A DNA stretch of 58,100 nucleotides from a virus. Taxonomy: Duplodnaviria; Caudoviricetes. Positions within the stretch are counted from its first letter, which is position 1. Every line of letters starts with the position of its first letter. The stretch lies in the IMG/VR virus record IMGVR_UViG_3300049098_000053, positions 1-58,100 of that record; one strand, 5' to 3'. A program made the translations under genes and the position numbers. Positions 17,748-28,300 of this stretch are shown here, in pieces. The notes beneath the pieces are model-generated. The model was given only the letters and a program-made list of their open reading frames with translations, made no database searches and was not told the origin of the DNA.

Positions 17748-20700
17748 TGGCACTCGGCTACAAAAACTGCATCAAGCGGCTGCGAAAAAACGGCTACAAG
17801 GTTGAGCTCTCTGACCGGCGCCTGATCAAAACGCTCCTGAACGAGGGGCTCACGATCGATCAGGTAGTCACAAAGATGCTGGCTGAGTCGACCCTGGATG
17901 TGATCGAGACCGTCCAGCAGATCGAGGCACTGGGCGCAGATGTCGAGACCGGCCGTGGCCAGCTGGCAGAGATCAAGGACTTTCGCACCGAGCAACTCAA
18001 GGCTGAGATGGCATCGCGCCGCGAGATCAGCCAGAAGATCTCAGAGGCCAATGCCGAGTATCAGGACATCAAGCAAGACGCTGAGATGTTCGACAAGATC
18101 CTGTCGCAGGCGCTCGACGAGGAGGTCGCGTTCCTGGATCTCACCGAGAACGAGGCCAAGCTGTATTTCGGCCAGCTGATGATGCGGGCCACGACGACCG
18201 AGCTCCCCACTGGTAAGCCCGGTCAGAATCGTAACCGGATCTGGCCCGAGGACCGCTTCCGTGTCGCCATGGAGAACGGCACCTTGCTCGTGTCTGGCAA
18301 CACGCCGCAGGAGATCTATGACAGCCGTGTCGCTCTCGAGACGCAGCTGGCTGAAAAGAAAAAAGTGGTGCAGGAGCTCAAGGCCCAAAAGGCCGAGGTC
18401 CAAAAACAGATCGAGTCGAAGTTCGGGCCCGAGACTGTCGTCGAGCCTGACGTGCTGTTCCAAAAAGAGGGCGACCTCGAGGCCGAGGTCACTGGTGTCG
18501 CAGCCAAGGGTGACGTCAACAAGCAACGCATGACCCGCCTGCTCGGCGCTCAGCTGTACGGCGACATGAACAAGATCCAGTCGGTGACGGTCAAGGAGGT
18601 ATTCCAAAACGCCTTCGATGCCGTGCGTACTGCGGTGCGCAACGGTGACATCGAGGACGGCCAGATCACCATGGAAGTCACCGAGGACAAGCGCACCCTG
18701 ATCGTCCAGGACAACGGTGTCGGCATGACGCCAGAGATGATCAATGAGGGCTTCCTGACGCTGGCCGGCACCCGCAAAGAGGGCGACGTAAACTCCGGCG
18801 GCTTCGGTGTGGCCAAGGGCCTGTTCCTTGCCGGCAACAAGAAGCTGAAACTTGTGACCATTCGTGACGGCGTCAAAACAACGCTCGAGACGACTGGCGA
18901 TGACTTCATGGCAAGCCTCGAGGATCCGGAGCACTCGCTCGACCAGCGGTATCCAGCCGACCAAGCTCTGCGCGTTAGCAAGACTGATGGCGAGAACGGC
19001 ACCCGAGTCGAGATCACCATTCCTGAGCAATTTCAGGACTTCAAGACACGAGAGTTCAAGGACATCCGACAGTTCGAGGGATGGGACATGGGCTCAACCG
19101 CGGACAACCAGCTTCTCGATCCGAGGATCACGGTCAGAACGCGGGTACGGCCAGACACGAGATTCAATACGCGGGACGCCGGCAAAGAGTTCCGGCTCGA
19201 TCGATACCGCTCGATCGGTGAGGTCAGGTTCGAGTGGGGCACGGCCGACATCCTGATCGAAAAGGACGAGAACGAGCACGTCTCAAGCAAAAACACGACG
19301 ATCTCCATAGAGGGCCTGAATCAGCTGGACATAATGACCACGGAGAATCCGTGGGATCCCGGCGCCGGAAAGCTGAAACGGCGCATCTACATCAACATGC
19401 ACCCACAGGACGCGGACGGCAATCCGATCGATGCCGGCGATCCAGGGTATCCGATGGAGCTCAACCGTCAGGGCCTACAGCAACACGCGGCCGAGGACAT
19501 CTTCCAGATCCAGTCGTATCTCGCGGTACTCATGTGGCGAGACCAGAGCGCAGAGATCGCTCGCGGCTACGGCACCCTGCGTGAGATCAAGCCGAGCGGA
19601 GAGCTAGGCGACCCCGTTGATCTGACGCCGCCGCCTCCGGTGCAGGAGTCACTGACCGGCAAGATCGACACCGGCGAGGAATTGCGGGTTGAGAACGGCG
19701 AGCTCATTGTTGACGGTGTTGGTCAGGGCAAACTGGACCGTGACAACATGGCGCAGGAGCGTCGTGAGATGGACGAGTACAAGGTCGATCAGGACCTAGT
19801 GCCGACGCAGCGCCCGATGATTCACAACCAGATGGCATTCAAGGCCGAGGAGGAGATGACCTCCTACTTCCTGGACGACACCGCGGCCGAGCCGGGTATG
19901 GATCTGATCGAGGCCCTCAATCAGGAGTTCGGGGAGAACCGCGTCAACGAGTATTTCTTCTCGGTTGGCGATGTGTTCATGGACATCAGGGACCTGCTGG
20001 CCAATTACGGGCAGGAGAAAATGTACGAGGACATCGAGAAAATCGGTGTTGGCGTCAGTGTCCTTGGCCGTCGCTACTACGGTGTGCACACCAAGGTCCC
20101 CGGTCGCATGATGTTTGTGAACCCCGGGCAGGATCCTCGTGAGATCAACGACATTCGCGAGATGGACTGGGACGGCCCCAAAGCCCGTGACGACATGGAC
20201 TCCAAGGAGTTCCAGACTGTAGCGACCTCAATGATCACAACCATGGTGCACGAGGCTGCACACTACGCTGAGATGTCGCACGATCAGGACTATCTGTTTG
20301 CTTTGCAGAGCGCATTCTCTACCATGCTCGAGCACAGCGAGCACGTCGATCACATCAAGGACCGACTACAGGAAGCGATTTATGAAAACTGGGAAATCTA
20401 CCGATACATCTCAGAAGCCCTCGAGTCAGGATCTATCGAAGTCTCTGGTATTAGCCTCTCGGACGTTGGCTCAGACTCCAGAGGAAATGAGAGCCGTGCT
20501 GACGTCGCTGCACGAGAACGCCGAGAGCGTGGGCGAGGGGAGGGTGGTCCAGATGAAGCTGCGCAGGGCGATGTCGATACTGGACAACAGCAAGACGCTG
20601 ACGCAATTCAGGCAGGCTATAGAGACGGCGGCACTGTAGTACCAGAGGGGGACGTTCACCCCAACGCCGGCGAGGACTCCGAGTTCTATCAGACCTACTG

Positions 20701-23700
20701 GCATGGCTCGCATGCCAAATGGGATTTCCCAGATCTAGGATTCATGGGCACCGGAGAGGGCGCCCAGATGGCCGGCTACGGAATGTATCTGGCCGAGGTC
20801 ATGGATGTTGGCAAGGGGTATCAGCCCCGAGATCTCAAGCGAGATCAGAACCTCTACGACATGTATAAACAGGCCGAGCAGGCCAACGATGCGATCCGCA
20901 TGGAGCTCCTCGAGGACGCCATGCTGCACTGGACGCCAGACGAGATCCGCGAGAACTACACGGAGGACAACGGCTACGGTCCCGAGGCCGTCGCTCGGGC
21001 TCAGGAGTTTGCCGACGAGCTCCACGCGATCGATCAGGAGTCCGAGGGCTCGCTGTATCAAATCGAGATCAACGACGAAGCGGACGCCATGATGATGCTC
21101 TGGGACGCGCCGCTCAGTGAGCAGCCGGAAGCCGTACAGGCCGCGCTCAAGTCACTGATCCAGCGCACCGCGTCCGCGTTTCCTGATGGCATCCTGGCTG
21201 AGATGGGTTTCGAGGAGATCGGCACTGGCGGCGCCCTGTACCGTGCACTGGCCGATGATCTGGGGTCCGAAAAAGAGGCGAGCATGGAGCTTAACTCCGT
21301 TGGGATCCCGGGACACAAGTTCCTCGATGCGCAATCACGGGTAAGCCCGGTGAGTGCCGGCACGGGCGGGTTCATCCAAGGCATACGTGACGTCCTCGGG
21401 CGCCAGCCGACACACAACCTCGTGCTCTACGACACGAGCGTCATCGATCAGGTCAAGCGCGACGGTGAGGTCGTCTACCCAGAGCAGGCTCTCGAGCAAG
21501 GCGGCATCGAGGAGGGCGGCGAGCGCGGCCGTATCACATTCAACGAGGCCCGTAAGGGATTCATCGAGATCCTGTCGTCCGGCGATGTCTCGACGTTCAT
21601 TCACGAGACTGGCCACCTGTACCTCGAGGTTCTACGGTGGGCCGCTCAGCAAGAGAACGCGCCTCAGCAACTCAAAGATGACTGGCAGACCGTGAAGGAA
21701 TACACGGGCGCCACGGACGAGGCCATCCCCAAGGACGCTCACGAGAAGTTCGCAAATTCGTTCGAGATCTATGCTCTCGAGGGCAAGGCCCCGAGCATTG
21801 CGCTGCAGGACTCATTCAGTTTCTTCCGCTCCTGGATGACGCGGATCTATCGCAAGCTGAAAAACATCACGGGCGTACATCTGCATCCGGAGATCCGCGG
21901 TGTCATGGACCGGCTTCTGGCCAGCGATGAGGAGATCGCCATTGCCGAGCAGTCGCAGGGCTACGTCGCGCTGTTCGCTACGGCCCAGGATGCTGACATG
22001 ACTGAGGCTGAGTTCGAGCTCTACGCCAAGCAAGTGCAGCGGGAGCACGACGACAACGTGGGCAAGGAGCACCGCCGCATGATGGCCGCAATGGAACGCG
22101 ACCAGACAAAGTGGTGGAAGGCTGAGCGCAAGAAGATCCGCGCCGAGGTCGAGGAGGAGATGCACGAGGAGCGCGTCTACAAGGCGCTGTATTTCCTGCA
22201 GCGTGGCACTCGGCCTGATGGCAGCCCGACCAGAGGGCAGGCCACCAAAATCAACAAGGAGAGCCTCCTGCGGCTTCTCAATTACGATCAGCAATCACTG
22301 AACAAGTTACCGCGGCCGTTCATCTACACGGTGGAGGGCGGCACTGACGTCGAAGTCTTGGCCCGCACCTTGGAATACGCGAATGGCCTCGAGATGATCG
22401 AGGAGATCTCCAACGCCAAGCGCATGAAGGATGTCATCAACGCTGAGACCGAGGTCCGCATGCGCAGGATCTATGGTGATCCGCTGACTGATGGCACCCT
22501 GCCGGACAACGCACTCCGTCGTGTGCATACCGAGGGACGCCTCAAGATCCTCACCAAAGAGCTCCGCAAGTTGCGCCAGCTGGCTGCTGAGGATCGGCCA
22601 GCGGTACGTGCGGCGCAGCAAGCGGAGCGCCAGCGTGACCGTCAGGCCAGAGAGGCCAACAAGGGACAGATCCCCGGCCGTGCTGAGATGGCAATGCTCA
22701 AGGCTGCTGCTCGTGAGGTCATCAACGGCATGCGGATCTCGCAGATCAAGCCGCACATCTACCTGCGCGGCGAGCAAAAGGCCGGCCGCGAGGCTTTCGC
22801 TGCTCTTGAGAAGCGGGACTATCAGACTGCCTATGCCGCCAAGCTGCGCCAGATCAAGAATCACGAGATGTACCGCGCGGCGATGGCCGTGCAAAAAGAG
22901 ATGGAGTCCACGCGCAAGGCGGTGATCCGATACCAAGGCCCACGGCTGCGCAAGAAACTGGGGCTGGCCAAGGTTCTCAATCAGGTCGATGCGGTACTCG
23001 AGAACGTCGACCTCAAGAAGCGGTCGATGGCCGATCTCGAGCGCAAGAAAGCATTGCAGGGCCTCAAGGAGGCGGTATCCAAGGGCACCCTGATCGTCAC
23101 GCCTGACACGCAGCGCAAGATCATGGATGAGTCTGTCCACTGGACTGAGTTCACGCCCGACGAGTTCCGCGAGATCAAGTCGGTGCTAAAACAGATCGAG
23201 CACGGCGCTCTGAACGAGGACAAGATGACCGTCAATGGCGAGCTCGTCGACTACCAAGAAGTCGAGGACGAGATCGTCGATCACATGCGGACAGCCAACG
23301 AGGAGATCAAGCTACGTCCTGGTGGCGTCCAGACCAGCGGCGAGCGTGGCAACTCGAACGTCGACCAGTCGATTATGACGTGGCTCCGGCCGAGCTCGAT
23401 CGCTCGCATCTTGGACAAGACTGGGTTCGGCGCCCTGACGCGCCGGATCATCGTGCCGCTCCGTCGAGCGTATGCCGAGAAGCTGATCCCGATGCTGCAC
23501 CAAGCGCAAAAGGACGTAATGCAGATTTATCTAAAGCATTACAACATGACCGAGCTCGGTCAGATGTCCAAGCGCCATTACAAGATCAACACACTGGGCG
23601 GTGAGCTCTACTCGAAGTCCGAGCTCCTGTCGATGGCCCTGAACTGGGGCAACCAAGGCAACCGTGACGCGGTGCTCGGCGGGTCCTACAAGGGCAAACC

Positions 23701-25375
23701 CGTGTTCACCGAGCAGACCGTTCGGGAGATGCTCTCTCACCTGACGTCAAAGGACTGGGCGTTCGTGCAGGACATCTGGGACTACAACGACACCTACCGC
23801 GAGGCGATCTTCGATGCAGAGGAACGCAGGCGCGGGATCAGGCCCGAAAAGGTAGAGGCCCTCCCGTTCTCTATTCGCACGTCAGACGGCCAGCTGATCA
23901 CTGTCAAGGGCGGCTATCACCCGCTCCGCTACGATCACCAGTACGACGCCAAAGAGGGCCGGGGCAAGCAAAAGGTCAAGGCCGAGGAGGCTATCGATAA
24001 TGCGCTTAATCACATCGCCAATGGCACATTCGTCACCGCCAACACCCGCGCCGGATCGACTCATAACCGCGTCAAGAATCACGGCAGAGTGGTACGGCTT
24101 GGCCTGAACATCATCGACTCGCACCTGCGCGAGGTCATCCGTGACATCGCCATTGGTGACGAGGTCAGACACGTCAAGCGCCTGCTGGATTCTGGCTCAG
24201 TAGAGCGGGCATTCAGGGACACGGGCAATGGCGCAGCCTACGAGGCGCTCGGGCTGTGGCTCACTGATGCTGCGGTTGGCGAGCTCCCCGCCGAGAATGC
24301 GATCGAGTTCGGTATCGCGTGGCTCCGGACTGGATTCACCAAGGCCAAGCTCGGCTGGAATTTCGCAGTTATGGCGCTGCAGCTTACTGGCCTGTTCCAG
24401 ACGATCTCGGTCATCGGCACCCGTGCCTTCTCTGCCGGCTTCGTCAAGTACATCCAGAATCCTGCTGCGGCTACTCGGCACGTCATGGATCAGTCGTCAT
24501 TCCTGCACACCCGCTACGTGGTGGGCGGCTTCGACAAGGATGTGCAGGACACCAAGGCCATTGTCGAGAGTGAGTTCGGGTCCATGCCGACGCGCACTAA
24601 GCGGGCATACAACTTCGTCGCCAACACGCTTTTCACAGGCATCGCATGGTTCCAGAAGATTGTCGACGTGATCACCTGGATGGGCGCCTATGAGAAAGGC
24701 CTCAACGAGATCAATCAGGATGCCGGCGGTCTCTCAGAGCAAGATGCAATTATCTACGCCGACACGCAGGTCGAAGCGGCACAGACCTCCGGCTTCTTCT
24801 CCGATCGCTCCGGCCTCGAGCGCGGCACGACTGGGCTGCGCAAGAATCGTCAGTCTCAGCTGCTCCGCATCTGGACTACGCTGATCTCGTACATGCTGGC
24901 GAAGTCAAACATCGCCTACGAAAAATACAAGGACACCAATTTCAAGGATCCGAAGCAAGTCATGGACCTGCTGCTGGACATGATTCTGCTCTACACGGTG
25001 GAGGGTATTGCATCGGCCCTGATCTACCAGAGGCTCCCAGAGGATGACGACGAGCCGGAGGAATGGGCAAAGTGGGCTGCGGTGCAGTCGCTCGACTCAC
25101 TCACCGCCGGCATTCCGTTCGTGCGTGAGATTGCCAGTGCCCGCTTCGGAGGCGGCAACACGCCGGTCGGTGTATTCTCCAATGACGCGATGACGCTGAT
25201 CGAGCAATACCTCCAAGGAGAGGCAGACTGGGCCTCGGTTGATGCGACCCTAGATGTGGTGGGCACGATCGGACACCTGCCGACCGGGCAGATCAGCAAA
25301 ACAGGCGAGAAACTATGGGAGGAGGGCCTCACCACAGACGACTGGTGGGAATACTTCACTGGCCCCAAGGACTAG
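17747..25375 (+). CDS. Giant polyvalent ejection protein (GHKL ATPase, HExxH zincin, ART-like, second HExxH domain, helical C-terminus)
   Basis: KEVFQNAFDA / QDNGVGM / GGFGVAK / GTRV; VHEAAH; YWHGS..MGTGEGAQ..GYGMYLAE; STFIHETGH. Confidence 0.8.
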   Translation: MALGYKNCIKRLRKNGYKVELSDRRLIKTLLNEGLTIDQVVTKMLAESTLDVIETVQQIEALGADVETGRGQLAEIKDFRTEQLKAEMASRREISQKISEANAEYQDIKQDAEMFDKILSQALDEEVAFLDLTENEAKLYFGQLMMRATTTELPTGKPGQNRNRIWPEDRFRVAMENGTLLVSGNTPQEIYDSRVALETQLAEKKKVVQELKAQKAEVQKQIESKFGPETVVEPDVLFQKEGDLEAEVTGVAAKGDVNKQRMTRLLGAQLYGDMNKIQSVTVKEVFQNAFDAVRTAVRNGDIEDGQITMEVTEDKRTLIVQDNGVGMTPEMINEGFLTLAGTRKEGDVNSGGFGVAKGLFLAGNKKLKLVTIRDGVKTTLETTGDDFMASLEDPEHSLDQRYPADQALRVSKTDGENGTRVEITIPEQFQDFKTREFKDIRQFEGWDMGSTADNQLLDPRITVRTRVRPDTRFNTRDAGKEFRLDRYRSIGEVRFEWGTADILIEKDENEHVSSKNTTISIEGLNQLDIMTTENPWDPGAGKLKRRIYINMHPQDADGNPIDAGDPGYPMELNRQGLQQHAAEDIFQIQSYLAVLMWRDQSAEIARGYGTLREIKPSGELGDPVDLTPPPPVQESLTGKIDTGEELRVENGELIVDGVGQGKLDRDNMAQERREMDEYKVDQDLVPTQRPMIHNQMAFKAEEEMTSYFLDDTAAEPGMDLIEALNQEFGENRVNEYFFSVGDVFMDIRDLLANYGQEKMYEDIEKIGVGVSVLGRRYYGVHTKVPGRMMFVNPGQDPREINDIREMDWDGPKARDDMDSKEFQTVATSMITTMVHEAAHYAEMSHDQDYLFALQSAFSTMLEHSEHVDHIKDRLQEAIYENWEIYRYISEALESGSIEVSGISLSDVGSDSRGNESRADVAARERRERGRGEGGPDEAAQGDVDTGQQQDADAIQAGYRDGGTVVPEGDVHPNAGEDSEFYQTYWHGSHAKWDFPDLGFMGTGEGAQMAGYGMYLAEVMDVGKGYQPRDLKRDQNLYDMYKQAEQANDAIRMELLEDAMLHWTPDEIRENYTEDNGYGPEAVARAQEFADELHAIDQESEGSLYQIEINDEADAMMMLWDAPLSEQPEAVQAALKSLIQRTASAFPDGILAEMGFEEIGTGGALYRALADDLGSEKEASMELNSVGIPGHKFLDAQSRVSPVSAGTGGFIQGIRDVLGRQPTHNLVLYDTSVIDQVKRDGEVVYPEQALEQGGIEEGGERGRITFNEARKGFIEILSSGDVSTFIHETGHLYLEVLRWAAQQENAPQQLKDDWQTVKEYTGATDEAIPKDAHEKFANSFEIYALEGKAPSIALQDSFSFFRSWMTRIYRKLKNITGVHLHPEIRGVMDRLLASDEEIAIAEQSQGYVALFATAQDADMTEAEFELYAKQVQREHDDNVGKEHRRMMAAMERDQTKWWKAERKKIRAEVEEEMHEERVYKALYFLQRGTRPDGSPTRGQATKINKESLLRLLNYDQQSLNKLPRPFIYTVEGGTDVEVLARTLEYANGLEMIEEISNAKRMKDVINAETEVRMRRIYGDPLTDGTLPDNALRRVHTEGRLKILTKELRKLRQLAAEDRPAVRAAQQAERQRDRQAREANKGQIPGRAEMAMLKAAAREVINGMRISQIKPHIYLRGEQKAGREAFAALEKRDYQTAYAAKLRQIKNHEMYRAAMAVQKEMESTRKAVIRYQGPRLRKKLGLAKVLNQVDAVLENVDLKKRSMADLERKKALQGLKEAVSKGTLIVTPDTQRKIMDESVHWTEFTPDEFREIKSVLKQIEHGALNEDKMTVNGELVDYQEVEDEIVDHMRTANEEIKLRPGGVQTSGERGNSNVDQSIMTWLRPSSIARILDKTGFGALTRRIIVPLRRAYAEKLIPMLHQAQKDVMQIYLKHYNMTELGQMSKRHYKINTLGGELYSKSELLSMALNWGNQGNRDAVLGGSYKGKPVFTEQTVREMLSHLTSKDWAFVQDIWDYNDTYREAIFDAEERRRGIRPEKVEALPFSIRTSDGQLITVKGGYHPLRYDHQYDAKEGRGKQKVKAEEAIDNALNHIANGTFVTANTRAGSTHNRVKNHGRVVRLGLNIIDSHLREVIRDIAIGDEVRHVKRLLDSGSVERAFRDTGNGAAYEALGLWLTDAAVGELPAENAIEFGIAWLRTGFTKAKLGWNFAVMALQLTGLFQTISVIGTRAFSAGFVKYIQNPAAATRHVMDQSSFLHTRYVVGGFDKDVQDTKAIVESEFGSMPTRTKRAYNFVANTLFTGIAWFQKIVDVITWMGAYEKGLNEINQDAGGLSEQDAIIYADTQVEAAQTSGFFSDRSGLERGTTGLRKNRQSQLLRIWTTLISYMLAKSNIAYEKYKDTNFKDPKQVMDLLLDMILLYTVEGIASALIYQRLPEDDDEPEEWAKWAAVQSLDSLTAGIPFVREIASARFGGGNTPVGVFSNDAMTLIEQYLQGEADWASVDATLDVVGTIGHLPTGQISKTGEKLWEEGLTTDDWWEYFTGPKD

Positions 25376-25378
25376 GAA

Positions 25379-28300
25379 ATGGTCAGCAATTCAACGGATA
25401 GATTCAACGGCGTGGTGGCGAGCAAGGCCATCAAGGTGCCATGCGCAGTAGCAACCAGCGCAGACATCACGCTCTCAGGAAGCCAGACAATCGACGGTGT
25501 GCTCGTATCCACGGGAGACCGGGTGCTTGTCAGGGCCCAGACCAACGCGGCTGAGAACGGCATCTATGACGTCAAGGATCAGGCATGGGACCGCGCTGCA
25601 GACTGGGACGGCAACCGAGACATCGCCCAGGGTACGCTGATCACAGCGTTCGACTCTGGCGGGCTCGCCTCGCAGTACATCGTCGAAACCGCAGATCCAA
25701 TCACGATCGGTAGCACACTGGTCTCGATCATCCTGTACTCGCAGGGAGCCACGGTCTCAGTAGAGGCCGGCACGATCACTGACGCGATGCTGCGATTTGA
25801 TGGCGTCGACACCTACCGTCAGGCCGATCGCCTCCGAGCCACGGCCCAAGGTGCCGAGTTCCGCTGGTACGCATCGAACCTCACGGACTATGCCGAGCAA
25901 ACATATGTCGGCATGAGTGCGATCTTTTCCCTGAGCAATGGCTCACATGGCTTTGAGTTTCAGAATGACTTGTCGATTTCTGGTGCTGATTTCGTAGTAA
26001 CTAGCGGCGATGCCACTATCTCTGGAACCATGGAGGCCGGTGTGGTCATCAGCGAGGGCGCACTTTACCTCACGGAGATCGCTGCAGCCGATACAGACAT
26101 CGCAGGCAAGGGTCAGCTTTTTGTCCGAAACGACGCGCCGAATGTGCTGGTGTTCCGCAACGATGATGGCGATGAGGTAGAGCTCGGCGGTGGCGGTGGC
26201 GGCATCATGTTTGACTCATGGCGCTACGATCAGCAGTTCACCGGGCCGACCGATCCTGGATCGGAGGAGTTCCGGATGTCCTCTGGCACTCCATCGGTGA
26301 CAACCGCCCTCTATATGAGCGACACGTCGCTTGGCGGTCTGGATCCTGACGAGGTATTCACTCGCCTCAGTGTTGGCGGCCACCTAGTCATGCAGGACGC
26401 GAATCGCACATCGTTCCTGCACTACATCATCACCAGCGTTACGGACAACACGACATGGTGGCAAATAGGTGTCGAATACGCGGGCGGCAATGGTGTCCTG
26501 CCGGGAGATCAGGTCGACATCCAGTTCGAGTTTTTCCCGAACGCATACATTGTCAACGGTGCCGCGGCCAGCAACGGGCACGACCTTGCGTGGTGGGATG
26601 ATAGCCAGCTGCGGTGGGAGGGCACGGGGTCCGGCATCAGGGTTAATCCAGTAACGCCGCCGACCGGCGGGCGACTGCAGTTTGGCTCGCCGGGAACCAC
26701 TGTCCGCACTAACCCCAATATCAACATGGACTATGGCGTCTCGGGTCAGGGTCCGGTGTGGCGGGTCGAGGACAGCGCAAGCGCAACGGATAACTTCGGG
26801 GCTTTCGCGGCCTTCAATGTCTCGCCAGCGTACCTGCAGTATGAGATCGATGATTTCCCGTACATGCGGCTGACCTCAGCCGGTAACGTCTTTTTCGAGG
26901 ACTGGCAGACCCAGGGCGGCGGCGCCAATGCTGGTTTCTTCTGGCAGGAAAAGGCAGCAGCGGCAGCTGACGTCGCTGGCTACGGCCAGCTTTGGGTCAA
27001 CAGTTCCGACCAAGGCCTGTATTACACCGGAGAGGCGGGGGCTGATGTCCGGCTGGATGTCATCACGCCTACCTTCAACACGCCGCTCCGAGTGATTGGC
27101 GATACGGACGGCGCACCGCCAGCATCGCAAACGGCTCTGCTCGAGTTCTATGACTCTGATGAGTCAGACCGTCAGGCCTACATCGGATATAACGGCAGCA
27201 ACGACTTCGTCATCAGGACAGCCTTTGCCAACAACGGTCAGGACTTCTCGATCTTCCATGGCGGCGATCGCATCCTGCATAACGAGGGCACTGGCGGCAG
27301 GACCTTCCTTGAGGCCGGTACTGGTGTCACTAGCGATATCTACATCCGACCGAACGCGGGTAACGATGACGGCATCCGAGTCATGTATCAGGGCGCGGTC
27401 GAGCTCTACCACAACGACTCGCTAATTGCTCAAACTGCCGCGGTCACAAGCGGTGGATTCACTGTCGCTCAGTCCGTAACCGGACCCGGCTCACAAGAGC
27501 GGGTGCTCACGGAAACCGATAGGTCCCGTGGCTGGCCATGCACCCTCTACCAGTTCGACACCAGCACGACCGCCTCGGATCCCGGTAACGGTAACTTCCG
27601 CTTCGACAATGCGACCCTTGGCAGCATCACTGAGATGTATGTCGACGACAACAACGACAACATCCAGGCCAGCGATCGTCTGATCGAGTACCTGAACGCA
27701 GGCGACATCATTTCATTCCATCGCGTCGACGCGAATAACCTGCACACATGGTTCCGCGTTACGGGCGCACCGACCGACAATACCGGCTGGTGGACCGTGC
27801 CGGTCGAGTACCTCTATGGCACCGGCTTTGCTGGCACCGAGGTCTACACGCTATTCCCGTTCCATCTGTCGCAGCTTGAGGGCGTCCTGCCCACCAGCGT
27901 CACCGAGAACGCGCTGCTCACGGCAGACGCCTCTGGCGGTTGGGTCGAGGACGTTGACGCCCGGTTCGGCAGCGGCAACCTGGACATCTACGGCATAGAC
28001 GATCTGGCCGGTGGCGACAGGCGCGTCAGGTTCTACCGCGATGACGGTACTCTGGCGGGGCAAGTTGGCACTGGTAGTGGGGGCAATGACCTCCTGATTC
28101 GGAACGATTTGCCGGGGCAAGGCATCAGGATGAACGCACGGAATCAAGCAGACAATGGCGATACTGTGCTGATTTCGTTCGACCCAGACAACACCACGAC
28201 CCTGAATGCCGCGACGACATTCAACCTGAGTATCGGTGGCTCAACGTCTACGCTGATGGGCTACAGCGGTGCTGGCGGCTTCACGTTCAAGGCTGTGCCC

